From: Squalus acanthias | Taxonomy: Eukaryota | Assembly (NCBI GenBank): GCA_030390025.1 | Contig: CM059432.1 | Location: 87,980,001-88,044,000, forward strand | Direction: 5' to 3' | DNA length: 64,000 nucleotides | Shown here: one piece after another, positions 12,921 to 24,454 of the stretch | How positions within the stretch are numbered: the stretch's first letter is position 1 | Layout: each line of letters begins with the position of its first letter | Made by a program: the position numbers and the translations under genes | The notes under the pieces: model-generated | Databases searched by the model: none | Seen by the model: only the letters and a program-made list of their open reading frames with translations | Told to the model about the DNA's origin: nothing

Positions 12921-14132
12921 CTATATAAATCTGGCCAGGAACAGTGCATCCCTTGCATCACGGGCAGCCATGTGCTCGCGTGCTGCCGCTGCTGCTGGTA
13001 GATACGCCGCCGCTCGGTCCTCCTCCTCATCTGAGGAGGCTATGAACTGAGCCACTTGCTCATCAGGAAGCTGCAAGCCACGACGCTGTGCCATGTTGTG
13101 CAGTGCACAGCAGACCACAACCATTCTGGAGACCCTGGCTGCTGAATACTGCAGGGCTCCACCTGATCTGTCAAGGCATCGGAATCACATCTTCAGCAAG
13201 CCAATGGTTTGCTTGATGATGGACTTGGTCGAAATGTGGCTGGTGTTGTAGCGCTCCTCAGCCTCATTAGCTGGCCTCCTGATCGGCGTCATTAGCCACT
13301 TTTTCAGGGGGTAGCCCTTGTCACCAAGGAGCCATCCGTTAACTTGGTTTGGCGGATTGAAGAGCGGAGGAACACTAGAGTTCTGCAGGATGAACGAGTC
13401 ATGGCAACTACCACAGAACTTGGCGCAAACATGCAAAATCTCCTTCTTGTGGTTACACACCAACTGTACGTTGAGGGAGTGGAAGCACTTGCAGTTGACA
13501 AAGATAGCTGGGTTGTGATGGGGTGCCCTAAGAGCCACATGTGTGCAGTCTATGACGCCCTGCACCATTGGCAAGCCTGCCATATTTGCAAAGCCAACTG
13601 AATGCGCGGCTATACTTGCTTGATCCCTTGAGAAGTGGATGTAATTATGCACCTTTGCGAAAAGGGCATCGGTAACCTGCGTGATGCAACTGTGGGCGGC
13701 CGACTGGAAGATGCCGCTGACGTCTGCTGATGATCCCTGGAAGGAGCCTGAGGCAAAAGAGTTGAGTGCGGTGGTGACTTTGACAGTCACTGGTAAGGGG
13801 TGTCCACCTGTTCCTCTGGGCACCAGGTCTTGCTGCAGCAGTGCGCAGATGACTCCGACAACCTCTCGCGAAAGTCTCAGCCTTCTTTGGCACTGCTGCT
13901 CACTCATGTTGAGGTAGCTCATCCTCTGTCTGTAAACCCCGAGAGGGGGGTATCTCCTGCGGCGATGTGCTTCCATGCGCTGGCGCCTTCTGCCCTGTGC
14001 AGCATCAGGTGGGTGAGCAGGAGGTTGGGGCTCCTGCTGCTGTTGCTGCTGAGCTGCCTGGTTCTACTGCTGCCGTGGCTGCTCCTCATCCGAATCTGAG
14101 GTCCGTGATGAAAGGAAATAAATGGTTCCCAT
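12921..14132 (-). pseudogene. HARBI1-like DDE transposase with two in-frame nonsense codons
   Basis: Single frame from ATG 14132 to TAG 12921 with stops at 14064-14066 and 13185-13187; motifs [33 protein letters not shown]; the usual IE(R/Q)T glutamate reads K ([10 protein letters not shown]). Confidence 0.9.
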
Positions 14133-15904
14133 GCTGCTGGCAGATACCTCCATTGGGGAAGTGCTCAGTCCAAGCGGGGTGAGGGTCTTCCAAGGAGGTC
14201 CCACAGTTGAGAGATAGAAGCTGCAGCACCTCTGACTTCGGTAGGCCTGATAGAAGTGCTGAAAGACCTGTGGAACAAAGGTTCTGCCACCTGCAACTGC
14301 TCCCTGATGAAAGGTCCGTTTTAATGGTGGAGCTGCAGCTGTGAGGAGGCCACCCACTTGTCAACCCGTCAGATTAGCTGGCGTGGTTTAGGAGGGTCGT
14401 GCAACATGCACAAAATGTGGCAAAATAACAAAGGTCTGGCAAAATAGGATTATAGAGGCCCTTAACGACTATTTAAGGGTCTTAACTACCTCTCCCGACT
14501 GGTGGAGGCGGGACCGAATCGCACCCATGAAACCCGCCTTCGGCAAAATTGCGCGGAGGCGGGTTGGAGGTGGGTTCCGAACCCGCCCTCACTTTTTGCG
14601 ATTTTGTCAACTGTCCCGCCTCCAAACCCGCCTCCTCGGGGCTGGGAAAATCGCCCCCCATGTGACAGACTTTTCCACATCTATAGTCAAGTATACATGC
14701 ATGCATAAGCATTGGAAGATAATAATTTGAGGGAGAGATTTTAATACATGGTGAGAAGTGTTAGGTCACACAGGAAGTACCTGTACTGCCAAAACATCTA
14801 CAACTAGCTGAATTAAGGCTGAGGTTATCAGATGCATCATCATGCATAATCACACAATTACCTCCTTTATCTCTTGGTGTACTACTTCATTGCAGTCGAT
14901 GCGACAAGTTCGTAAACTAATGAAGCCATGGTGCAATGAATTGAAATTTCCTGGGAGAATTTCAATACAGAACAGAGGCAGCAATAAGGGGGAAACTTTT
15001 GTACAATACTTAGGGCAACAGTATATTTGTATAATAATGCACAAAAAAGGCTTTCCATTGATAAATGCACAATGTAATCTTCATATTTTTGCATAAAACA
15101 AGTAGGAAACATGCACCTATATTTACTATATCCATTATTAAATAGTAGAGCAAAGGTCAATCTTTATCTTACATTTATATATTTGCCATGTTTAAGCATT
15201 GCTAACACTTTTTCTAAGTAACTAATATATAGAAATGTATTTTAATATACATGACAATGCAGTCTCCTTGGCATTTGCCCATTTTTATAAATGTCATCAT
15301 ATGATACTTGATAATGATTCACCCCCCAGTTGCTAGTATTGCTACCTTCTTAAATTTCTTTCCAAAACAATATGATCTCAATATAAATTACTGGTACTGT
15401 TGAAATTACTAACGGCCTTAAATAGTGAAGAGGTCTAGATTCTTCAAGTTTTGAGAGTTCATTTGTGAAATTCCAGTAGGAGCCTGGACTGTAACAATAA
15501 ATGACTGAGCTCACCAGCTGCTTCAAGCAAATGTGAAATTATTCTCGGTGGAGAATGGTTGTTTCTGGACACAAATCCATTGGCTGCCGCCTCTACTAGA
15601 ATGTCTGGAATTGAAACCGTCTTGTCACATCTGGCAAGAAGAATGAAAGTGTCAATTAGATTGATACAAACAGAATCCTAGAAGAAATGAACACGAGGCT
15701 TAAGTTATAAAAAATGTTCTGCGAGAATATGGCGTTGATGTAGCATTCCCACTATAAATAGTACATGCCACTGCATCACTTCTTTCACCAATGATTATAT
15801 TGCATTACTCAGATTTATATACTGTTTTATTATGTTGAAGCATCTCAAAGCTTCTCTTTCACACAATTAATTACTTTTAGGGTGCATTGATAGAACTACT
15901 TTTT

Positions 15905-17973
15905 TTAAATTATTAATTCCTGGGATGTGGGCGACGCTGGCAAGGCCAGGATTTATTGCCCATCCCTAATGAGGTCAGGAGCCGAGTGGTCATGGTGGAA
16001 TCCAAACTGGGCATCAGTGAGCAGGTTATTGGTGAATAAATGCCGCTTGATAGCACTGTCGACGGCACCTTCCATCACTTTGCTGATGATTGAGAGTAGA
16101 CTGATGGGGCAGTCATTGGCCGGGTTGGATTTGTCCTGCTTTTTCTGGACAGGACAAACCTGGGCAATTTTCCACATTGTTGGGTAGATGCCAGTGTCAT
16201 AGTTGTATTGGAACAGCTTGGCTAGAGGCACGGCTAGTTCTGGAGCCCAGGTCTTCAGCACGACAGCCGGGATGTTGTCGGGGCCCATAGCCTTTGCTGT
16301 ATCCAAAGTGCTCAGCCGTTTCTTGATATCATGTGGAGTGAATCAAATTGGCTGAAGACTGGCTTCTGTGATGGTGGGGACCTCAGGAGCAGAACAAGAT
16401 GGATCATCCACTCGGCACTTCTGGCTGAAGATGGTTGCAAACGCTTCAGCCTTGTCTTTTGCACTCGCGTGCTGGGCTCCGCCATCATTGAGGATGGGGA
16501 TGTTCATGGAGCCTCCTCCTCCTGGTTGTTGTTTGATTGTCCACCACCATTCATGACTGGATGTGGCAGGACTGCAGAGCTTTGATCTGATCCGTTGGTT
16601 GTGGGATCGCTTAGCTCTGCCTATAGCAAGCTGCTTCTGCTGTTCAGCATGTATGCAGTCCTGTGTTGCAGCTTCCCCAGGTTGGCACCTCATTTTTAAG
16701 TACACCTGGTGGTGCTCCTGGCATGTTCTTCTACACTCCCTATTGAACCAGGGTTGGTCCCCTGGCTTGCTGGTAATGGTAGGGTGAGGGATATACCGAG
16801 CCATGAGGTTACAGATTGTGGTGGAATACAATTCTGCTGCTGCTGATGGCCCACAGCGCCTCATGGATGCCCAGTTTTGAGCTGCTAGATCTGTTCTTAG
16901 TCTATCCCATTTAGCACGGTGGTCGTGCCACACAACACAATGGAGGGTGTCCTCAGTGTGAAAACGGAACTTCATCTCCACAAGGACTGTGCGGTGGTCA
17001 CTCCTACCAATGCTGTCATGGACAGATGCATCTGCAACAGGGAGATTGGTGAGGACGAAGTCAAGTGGGTTTTTCCCTCGTGTTGGTTCTCTCACCACCT
17101 GCCACAGGCCCAGTCTGGCAACTATATCCTTCAGCACTCGGCCAGCTCAGTCAGTAGTGGTGTTACCAAACCACTCTTGGTGATGGAACATTGATGTCCC
17201 CCACCCAGAGTACATTCTGTGCCCTTGCTACCCTCAGTGCTTCTTCCAAGTGGTGTTCAACATGGAGGAGTACTGATTCATCAGCTGAGGGAGGGCGGTA
17301 GGTGGTAATCAGCAGGAGATTTCCTTGCCCATGTTTGACCTGAAGCCATGTGACTTCATGGGGTCTGGAGTCAATGTTGCGGACTCCCAGGGCCACTCCC
17401 TCCTGACTGTATACCACTGTGCTGCCTCCTCTGGTGGGTCTGGGACATTGACTGAAAGGTATGATTCTGTATGTATGACTATGTCAGGCTGTTGCTTGTC
17501 CAGTCTGTGGGACAGCTCTCCCAATTTTGGCACAAGTCTCCAGATGTTGGTGAGGAGCACTTTGCAGGGTCGATTGGGCTGGGTGTGCCTTTGTCGTGTC
17601 CGATGCCGAGATCGATGCCGGGCGGTCTATCCAGTTTTATGCTTATTATTGTTTTCTGACTGAGTGGCTTGCTAGGCCATTTCAGAGGGCAGTTAAGAGT
17701 CAACCACATTGCTGTGAGTCTGGAGTCATGTATAGGCCAGACCAGAGCAGCAGATTGCCTTCCCTAAATGGGACATGAGTGAACCAAATGGGTTTTTATG
17801 ACAATCCGGTACTTTCATGGTCACCATTACTAGCTTTTTATTCCAAATTTATTTAATTAACTGAATTTAAATGCACCAGCTGCCGAGGTGGGATTTGAAC
17901 TCACATCTCCGGATCATTAGTCCAGGCCTCTGGATTACTAGTCCAGTAAAAATAACACAATGCTACCATGCCC
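15905..17973 (-). mobile_element. CR1/L2-group LINE with tRNA-like 5' head, APE endonuclease and partial RT; internally deleted
   Basis: EN: LLTNIWRLVPKLGEL..PDIVIHTESYL, WVGDIN, EPTRGKNPLDFVL. RT start: KAMGPDNIP, PISLLSIISKVME, QFGF. 3' end matches 29505-29560; head at 17973-17880. Confidence 0.85.
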
Positions 17974-17979
17974 GCTATG

Positions 17980-18335
17980 CACTGAATGCAGTGAATGTTG
18001 TTATATAAACAATGCAGCAGCCATTCTGCAACAGCAATATCCTTCAAATAGCAATGAGATGAATGACCTCCAGTTAATCTGTTTTTAATGGTATTTGGTT
18101 GAGTGAAGAACTTTGGCCAGAACACTGGGAGAACTTCTCCTCTTCTGAAATAGTACCCTGGAATCTTTAATGTGCAACTGGCCAGAGAGACAAGACCTTA
18201 GTTTACTGTCTCATCTGAAGGACTTCAGTTCCAACAGTGCAGCACTCTCTCAATGGTGCAGTGACCTGCCAGCCTAGACTATGAGCTTAACCTCTGACCT
18301 AGAATTGAAAGTGCGACCAATTCACCAAAGCTGAT
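17980..18335 (-). mobile_element. Old SacSINE1/DeuSINE-type SINE; its 3' remainder probably lies at ~15810-15895
   Basis: Degenerate colinear match to 60961-61410 (GTCTCATCTGAAGGAC...CCAACAGTGCAGCACTC). Confidence 0.7.
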
Positions 18336-18611
18336 TTACAATATACCAGAGTATCATAAAAATATATTTTAATTGTAAGTAGAACTGTGCCTAACTCAAA
18401 GGTCAATGCTGCTGCATTACTGTGTAATTGTTCTCTTGTATAATCCATTTCAACTGTGCAGCTTGTTTTAAGTGCACAAATTTCAAGTGCTTTTTATAAT
18501 ATGGACATCTGAATGAGTTTGTGCAGGCTGACAATACTTGAGCACTTGGACTGTTGCCAATGCTGAAATTATACAAAAGAATGTTTAAATATATTTAATA
18601 TTAATAGGTTA

Positions 18612-18848
18612 TTCCCCTCCAAGTCACACACTATCCTGACTTTGAAATATATCATCGTTTCTTCATCGTCGCTGGGTCAAAATCCTGGAACTCCCTCCCT
18701 AACAGCACTGTGGGAGTACCTTCACCACACGGACTGCAGCGGTTCAAGAAGGTGGCTCACCACCACCTTTTCAAGGGCAATTAGGGATGGGTAATAAATG
18801 CTGGCCTTGCCAGCGACGCCCACATCCCACGAATGAATTTAAAAAAAA
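18612..18848 (+). mobile_element. 3' fragment of the same LINE family as 15905-17973 and 29495-30985
   Basis: Reverse complement of 29505-29740 (TTCAAGAAGGTGGCTCACCACCACC...GCCAGCGACGCCCACATCCC). Confidence 0.85.
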
Positions 18849-19671
18849 TGATCCACCAGGGTTGCCATCTCCATAATTACAAAACCTCTTGGCCAACAAT
18901 GTTAGAAATTGTGTTGCAAGAAGATACAATATAATGGCCTCCCCAGTGTAATATTGAATGCTGCAAACTATGATATGTAATTCCCTCAATTACAGAGAAA
19001 TCAGATGAATTATCCTCTCTACTATATACTGCTTACTGCAATACAACCTGAAAGCTGGCCGCAGAAAGCTCACTGTACACCAGAAATACTATAAAACAAC
19101 CACAAAAGGGACAGTTTATTATTGTCAATATTGTGATAATAAATATGCAGGAAATATACAAACATATGAAAATGACGGACAGGGGATGTGAAGGAATGAG
19201 CCATACCTATTCAGAAAAATACACCATTCTATGAAATATTCTGACTTTATTAAAACATGACATACTGGGTTTGAAAATCTAAAAGCCTCAATGACACAAA
19301 GCTGTAAACAGCATACAAGCTTTTGAGATAAGAATCAGTTGTTGACACTAAAACAATAGCCCCATTGAAGCAGCAGATTGGAGCTTCCAGAAAGTCTGAG
19401 CTTTCGGAAGAACACAGTAAGAATACCCAGTTAAATTGTTTTAAACCAACACTTCGGGAAACAGAAACACAGAACATTAAAGAAACATATGCCTTCATAA
19501 ATATGACATCAAATGAAACAAGGAGACACGAAGTCTGTAATACAACCAATTGAAGTAGCTAGGAAGACAATCATGTACTCGGTTGAAGTGTTTTTAATTT
19601 ACATGTTGTAAAAGATACAAACAGAAGACTTTGTAAATATGACATCAATAGATGCACCAAGCAATCACATT

Positions 19672-20432
19672 GGGCTGGATTTTGATACTGGGGAGGGTTG
19701 GGGTCGTGTCATCCACATTTCGTGTTATTTCTTAAAGCTAAAGGTATCAAGGGATATGGGGAGAAGGCAGGTACAGGGTACTGAGTTGGGATGATCAGCC
19801 ATGATCTCATCGAATGTCGGAGCAGGCTCGAGGGACCGAATGGCCTACTCCTGCTCCTATCTTCTATGTTTCTATGTTTCTATGTTATCCACCCGACTGC
19901 AATTGGATGTGGGAGATTGATGCAATTTTCACCTAATTGGGCAATTGAGTTCCAGCATGTGGGAACCCATGAACCAATTAGTGGGTTCAGTCTGAAAGTC
20001 GGCTCTGATGATGTCATCATTGATGCTGCATTGACTGCCTGGCCTTTGCTGTGAGAGGACCTGGATGCAAAATGAGCAGCAGCTCTATCTGGAGAGAGAG
20101 AGAGAGAGAGGTTTTTTTTGGCTCCACCACTCCCAGCTCCCGCCAGGTTTCACAATCGTGTTTCAGAACAGGCGTGCTTCACGTAGAACAAGGGTTAAAA
20201 TCACAAAGGCCTTTCAAAATGGCATTATAGAGCCAATTTAGTGATTGTTAAGGGCCTTAACAGCCTATTCCGTCTCTTAAAGGCGGGACGCAGGCGAGAC
20301 GAGCAGACACGATTTCATCAAAATTGCATGGAGGCGGGATGGAGGCGGACTTGTGCCCGCCCGCTACTTTTCGCAATTTTAACCCCCACACGCCTCCAAA
20401 CCCGCCTCCACGGGTCAATGAAAATCCAGCCC
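19672..20432. mobile_element. Harbinger-type MITE with a nested CR1 3' fragment (~19729-19881)
   Basis: Perfect 12-bp TIR GGGCTGGATTTT; TSD ATT; sibling of 52331-53073, which shows the empty site for the CR1 fragment (duplicated TGTTAT). Confidence 0.88.
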
Positions 20433-20618
20433 ATTGTGTTTGTGTTGAACTTGGAACAACTAGGAGACATGAAGTCTGCTTTCAACCAGCTGAGGTGATT
20501 TAAGAATTGAATTGAAGATCTTCGTAAGAATGACATCAAATAGATACATCTGTTATAACCGTTTTTTATGATAAGTTTTGAACACCTAAAGGTAGAGACA
20601 CAAGTCTGCAAGCTAACA

Positions 20619-21052
20619 CGGTGGCATAGTGGTTAGCACTGGTGCCCCACAGCGCCAGGGACCCGGGTTCGAATCCGGCCTCGGGTGACTGTCTGTGTGG
20701 AGTTTGCACATTTTCCCCGTGTCTGCGTGGGTTTCCTCCGGGTGCTCTGGTTTCCTCCCACAGTCCAAAAATGTGCGGGTTAGGTTGATTTGGCTATGAT
20801 AAATTGACCCTTAGTGTTAGGGGGGATTAAATATGTGGGGTTACGGGGATAGGATGGGATATGTTAGGGGGAATTAAATACGTGGGGTTACGGGGATAGG
20901 GTGGGATATGTGTCGGTGCAGGCTCGATGGGGATTCTGTGTGGGAAAGCAGGGACAGGGTACTGGATTTGGATGATCAGCCATGATCGTTTTGAATGGTG
21001 GAGCAGGCTCGACGGGCCGAATGGCCTACTCCTGCTCCTAGTTTCTATGTTT
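20619..21052 (+). mobile_element. tRNA-derived V-SINE (HE1-like) with CR1-derived tail
   Basis: A box TGGCATAGTGG 20622-20632; B box GGTTCGAATCC 20666-20676; V-domain GTGGAGTTTGCA...GTGGGTTTCCTCCGGGTGCTC; CR1 tail GGGCCGAATGGCCTACTCCTGCTCC; TSD CTAACA. Confidence 0.9.
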
Positions 21053-21809
21053 CTAACAGCTGAACTGACAGTAAGAATAGAAAGAAGTCAACAGAAATAT
21101 AACTAGAGATAATTAGCTTACATCAGCAGGAAACTTCAAAAGATATACCACTGCAAAAAGGGTATAAAATATAGAACTTTCAAATAGGAAGACAGAATTC
21201 GCTGGAAGGGGCAGAGCGATTCTCAGCTTCAGAGACAGGCTCTGTAAGCCTACAAATCTTTGAGTCTCGGGTAATCAAAGGTATTTGATTTTGGTGGATA
21301 TCCTGGATTAAGAATAAGTAGAAATGTAAAAATGTAACGAATTTAAGATTTGAGAATAAGGATCTCTGATGATACGAATTGTAAGCTATTTGTTTTTGGA
21401 ACTGTTAAAGTTGCAATTGACTCACCAACTGTTAACTGCATGTCGGTTCTTTAATAAATCTATATATTTTTAGAATTGTCTCACATAGTACTTCTGTATC
21501 AAACTTGCGAACTCAATCTCTGTACACTCTTTGGTGAGGAGTTGCAGAATTCTGGGGGAGTTTTCCGGACCCTCATAATATCTGGAAGGTTACAGTCTAG
21601 TTAAACTTATTAAAAGTGCTATCTGGAAGACGGTAACATCTTCAAGTCATTCCGTTCCTTTAGGGAGAGCTAGTCTGAACCTTTAGACCCAATTAAGCGT
21701 CTTGTAGGATTCGGCTATCTCTAACTTTAGTTGAAGGTGAACGTCTGGGGAATACGCCTGATCCGGGCTGGCCCGAAAAGGGCTAGGACTAGTAATTATC
21801 CCTTCAGGA

Positions 21810-24453
21810 AGACCTTCTGATCCATCAAGCTTGCCTCACACAGTTTTGATTCCTGAAGTATCATGATTGGATACCCTTACCCGACAGCAGCCATGTCATT
21901 TCATGGGAGAGGAAAAAAACCAGTTCAAACCCAAGGTCAATTAGGGAAGAAATCTGGAAAATTCCTCTCTGACCCCCTTAGGTGATTGAAACTTGTCTAG
22001 GCGACTACATTAACCATGCATACATTACTTGGTAATTCACTTACCTTTCATAAGACGTGATCTCTGTTCCAGCCAGGAACTGGTCCATCTCTAGTCTGAA
22101 GGTATGCAGAGAGTCACCACAAATCACATGAGCCAGCAACGTGTTCCATAGCTCTATTATCCTCTGGGAAAAGAAAAACCACCTAACATCTAACCTAGCT
22201 CTACCCTTGCACAACTGATATGCATGACCCTGGTCTTCCCCAATCCATCAGTAGGAACAAAATCTAGCTCTTGAACTATATCTATATACCTCTAGCAAAT
22301 CAGCCCAAAGTCCATGCATCTCTAAAGTGAATACACCCAGATCTTTCAGCCTATCTGAGTAGCCGAGGTTGTTTAAGTTGGGAATCATTCTTGTCACCCT
22401 CCTCTGAATCTTTTCCAAAGCTTCTATATCGCCCACCATTTGAGGGGACAAAAAATGGATGCAGTATTATAAATGTGGTCTAACCAAGATATTGTATAAC
22501 TCTCCTCATCACTATCTACTACTTTGCCAAGTTTCGTATCATCTACAAACTTTATAATGCTGTTCCCTATTCCCGAGACTAGGTTGTTTATAAAAATTGA
22601 AAAGAGTAATGAACCCAAAACTGACCCTTGGGGAACACTACTGCAAACCACCTCCCAGTCTGAAAAACATAAGAACATAAGAATTAGGAACAGGAGTAGG
22701 CCACACGGCTCTTCGAGCCTGCTCCGCCATTCAATAAGATCGTGGCTGATCTTTAACCTTAACTTCACTTTCCCGCCTGATCCCCAGATCACTTGATTCC
22801 CCATCAGTCCAAAAATTGAGCTAACTCAGCCTTGAATATGCTCAACAATTCAGCATCCACAGCCCTTTGGGGTAGAGAATTCCAAAGATTCACAACCCTC
22901 TGAGTGAAGAAATTCCTCCTCATCTCAGTCTTAAATGGCCGACCCCTTATCCTGAGACTATGCCCCCTAGTTCTCGACTCTCCAGCCAGGGGAAACAGCC
23001 TCTCAGGATCTACCCCGTCAATTCCCCCAGAATCTTATATGTTTCAATGAGATCACCTCTCATTCTTCTAAACTCCACAGAATATAGGCCCAATCTTCTC
23101 AATTTCTCCTCATAGGACAACCCTTTCATCCCAGGGATCAATCTAGCGAACCTTTGTTGCACCGCCTCTAAGGCATGTATGTCCTTTCTCATATAAGGAG
23201 ACCAAAACAGTGCACAGTACTCCAGGTGTGGTCTTACCAACGCCCTGTACAATTGTAGTAAGACTTCCTTACTCTTGTACTCCAACCCCCTTGCAATAAA
23301 GGCCAACATTCCATTTGCGTTCCTAATTGCTTGCCTGCATGCTAACTTTCTGTGTTTCCTGTACATCCACCCACCATCACCCATTGCTTCCTGTCACTGA
23401 GACAATTTTGTATCCATACCATCACTTTCCCCTTAATTCCATGGGCTTCTATCTTCTTAATAAGCCTCCTGTGTGGCACTTTGTCGAATGCCTTCCGCAA
23501 ATCCATATATCCATCTACTGCACTACCTGATCAACCTTCTCTGTTACCTCATCAAAGAATTCAATCAAGTTAGTCAGACATGATTTACCTTTCACAAATC
23601 CATGCTGGCTCTCCTTGATTAACCCGTGCCTTTCCAAATGAAAGTTTATTTTGTCCCTGCTAATGGTTTCCAATAACTTTACCACCATCGATGTTAGGCT
23701 GACTGGCCTGTAGTTTCCTGATTTATCCCTCTCCCCTTTCTTGAATAGTGGTATAACATTAGCAACCCTCCAGCCCTCCGGCACTACTCCTGTATCCAAT
23801 GAGGATTGAAAGATTTTGATCAATGCCTCTGCTATTTCTACCTTTGCTTCTTTCAGCAACCTGGGACACATTCCATCTAGAGCAGGTGACTTTTTTTATT
23901 CGTTCTTGGGATTTGGGCATTGCTGTTTATTGCCCATCCCTAATTGCCCTTGAGAAGGTGGTACTGAGCCCCCTTCTTGAACTGCTGCAGTCTGTGTGGT
24001 AAAGGTACTCCCACAGTGCTGTTAGTTAGGGAGTTTCAGGACTTTGACCCAGTGACTATGAAGGATCGGTGATATATTTCCAAGTCAGTATGGTGTGTAA
24101 CTTGGAGGGGAACTTGGAGGTGGTGGTGTTCCCATGCGCCTGCTGCCCTTGTCCTTCTAGGTGGTAGCGGTTGCGGGTTTGGGAAGTGCTGGCAAAGAAG
24201 CCTTGGTGAATTGCTGCAGTACATCTTTCAGTAATGCTAATCTTTTTAGTATGTCTTCTCTATCTATTATTATCCTGTCCATAACTTCCCTCTCCTCTTT
24301 TAGTGTAAAATTCACATCATCCACTTCCTTTGTGAAGACAGATGCAAAGTACTCATTTAATACTTTAGCCATGTCTTCTGCCTGTACATGAAGATTTCCC
24401 TTTGGGTCCTTAATAGGCTCAACTTTTACCCGAGCTAACCGCTTACACTTCAT
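21810..24453 (-). mobile_element. Stack of CR1 fragments (at least two subfamilies) plus a 3' fragment of the tRNA-headed LINE family at ~23890-24220
   Basis: VPQGSVLGSLLFSIFINNL; LYRALVRPHLEYCALFWSP (22665-23360 with its own tail); NYRPVSLTS...SQHGFVKGKSCLTNLIEFF. Confidence 0.85.
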
Positions 24454-24454
24454 A

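Larger units (their letters stand above)
10366..14658. mobile_element. Full-length PIF/Harbinger transposon (4293 bp) with two convergent genes
   Basis: TIRs GGGGGTGATTTTCCCA / TGGGAAAATCGCCCCC (15/16); 3-bp TSD CAT at 10363-10365 and 14659-14661; Myb/SANT gene on +, HARBI1-like DDE transposase on -. Confidence 0.95.

Noticed and set aside
12921..14132. Host HARBI1 gene
   Set aside because: Lies between TIRs with a TSD, is paired with a Myb gene and has nonsense codons; it is a transposon copy.
20619..20690. Functional tRNA gene (also 17890-17973, 44270-44342, 61340-61410)
   Set aside because: A/B boxes run directly into SINE or LINE bodies; no complete cloverleaf seen.
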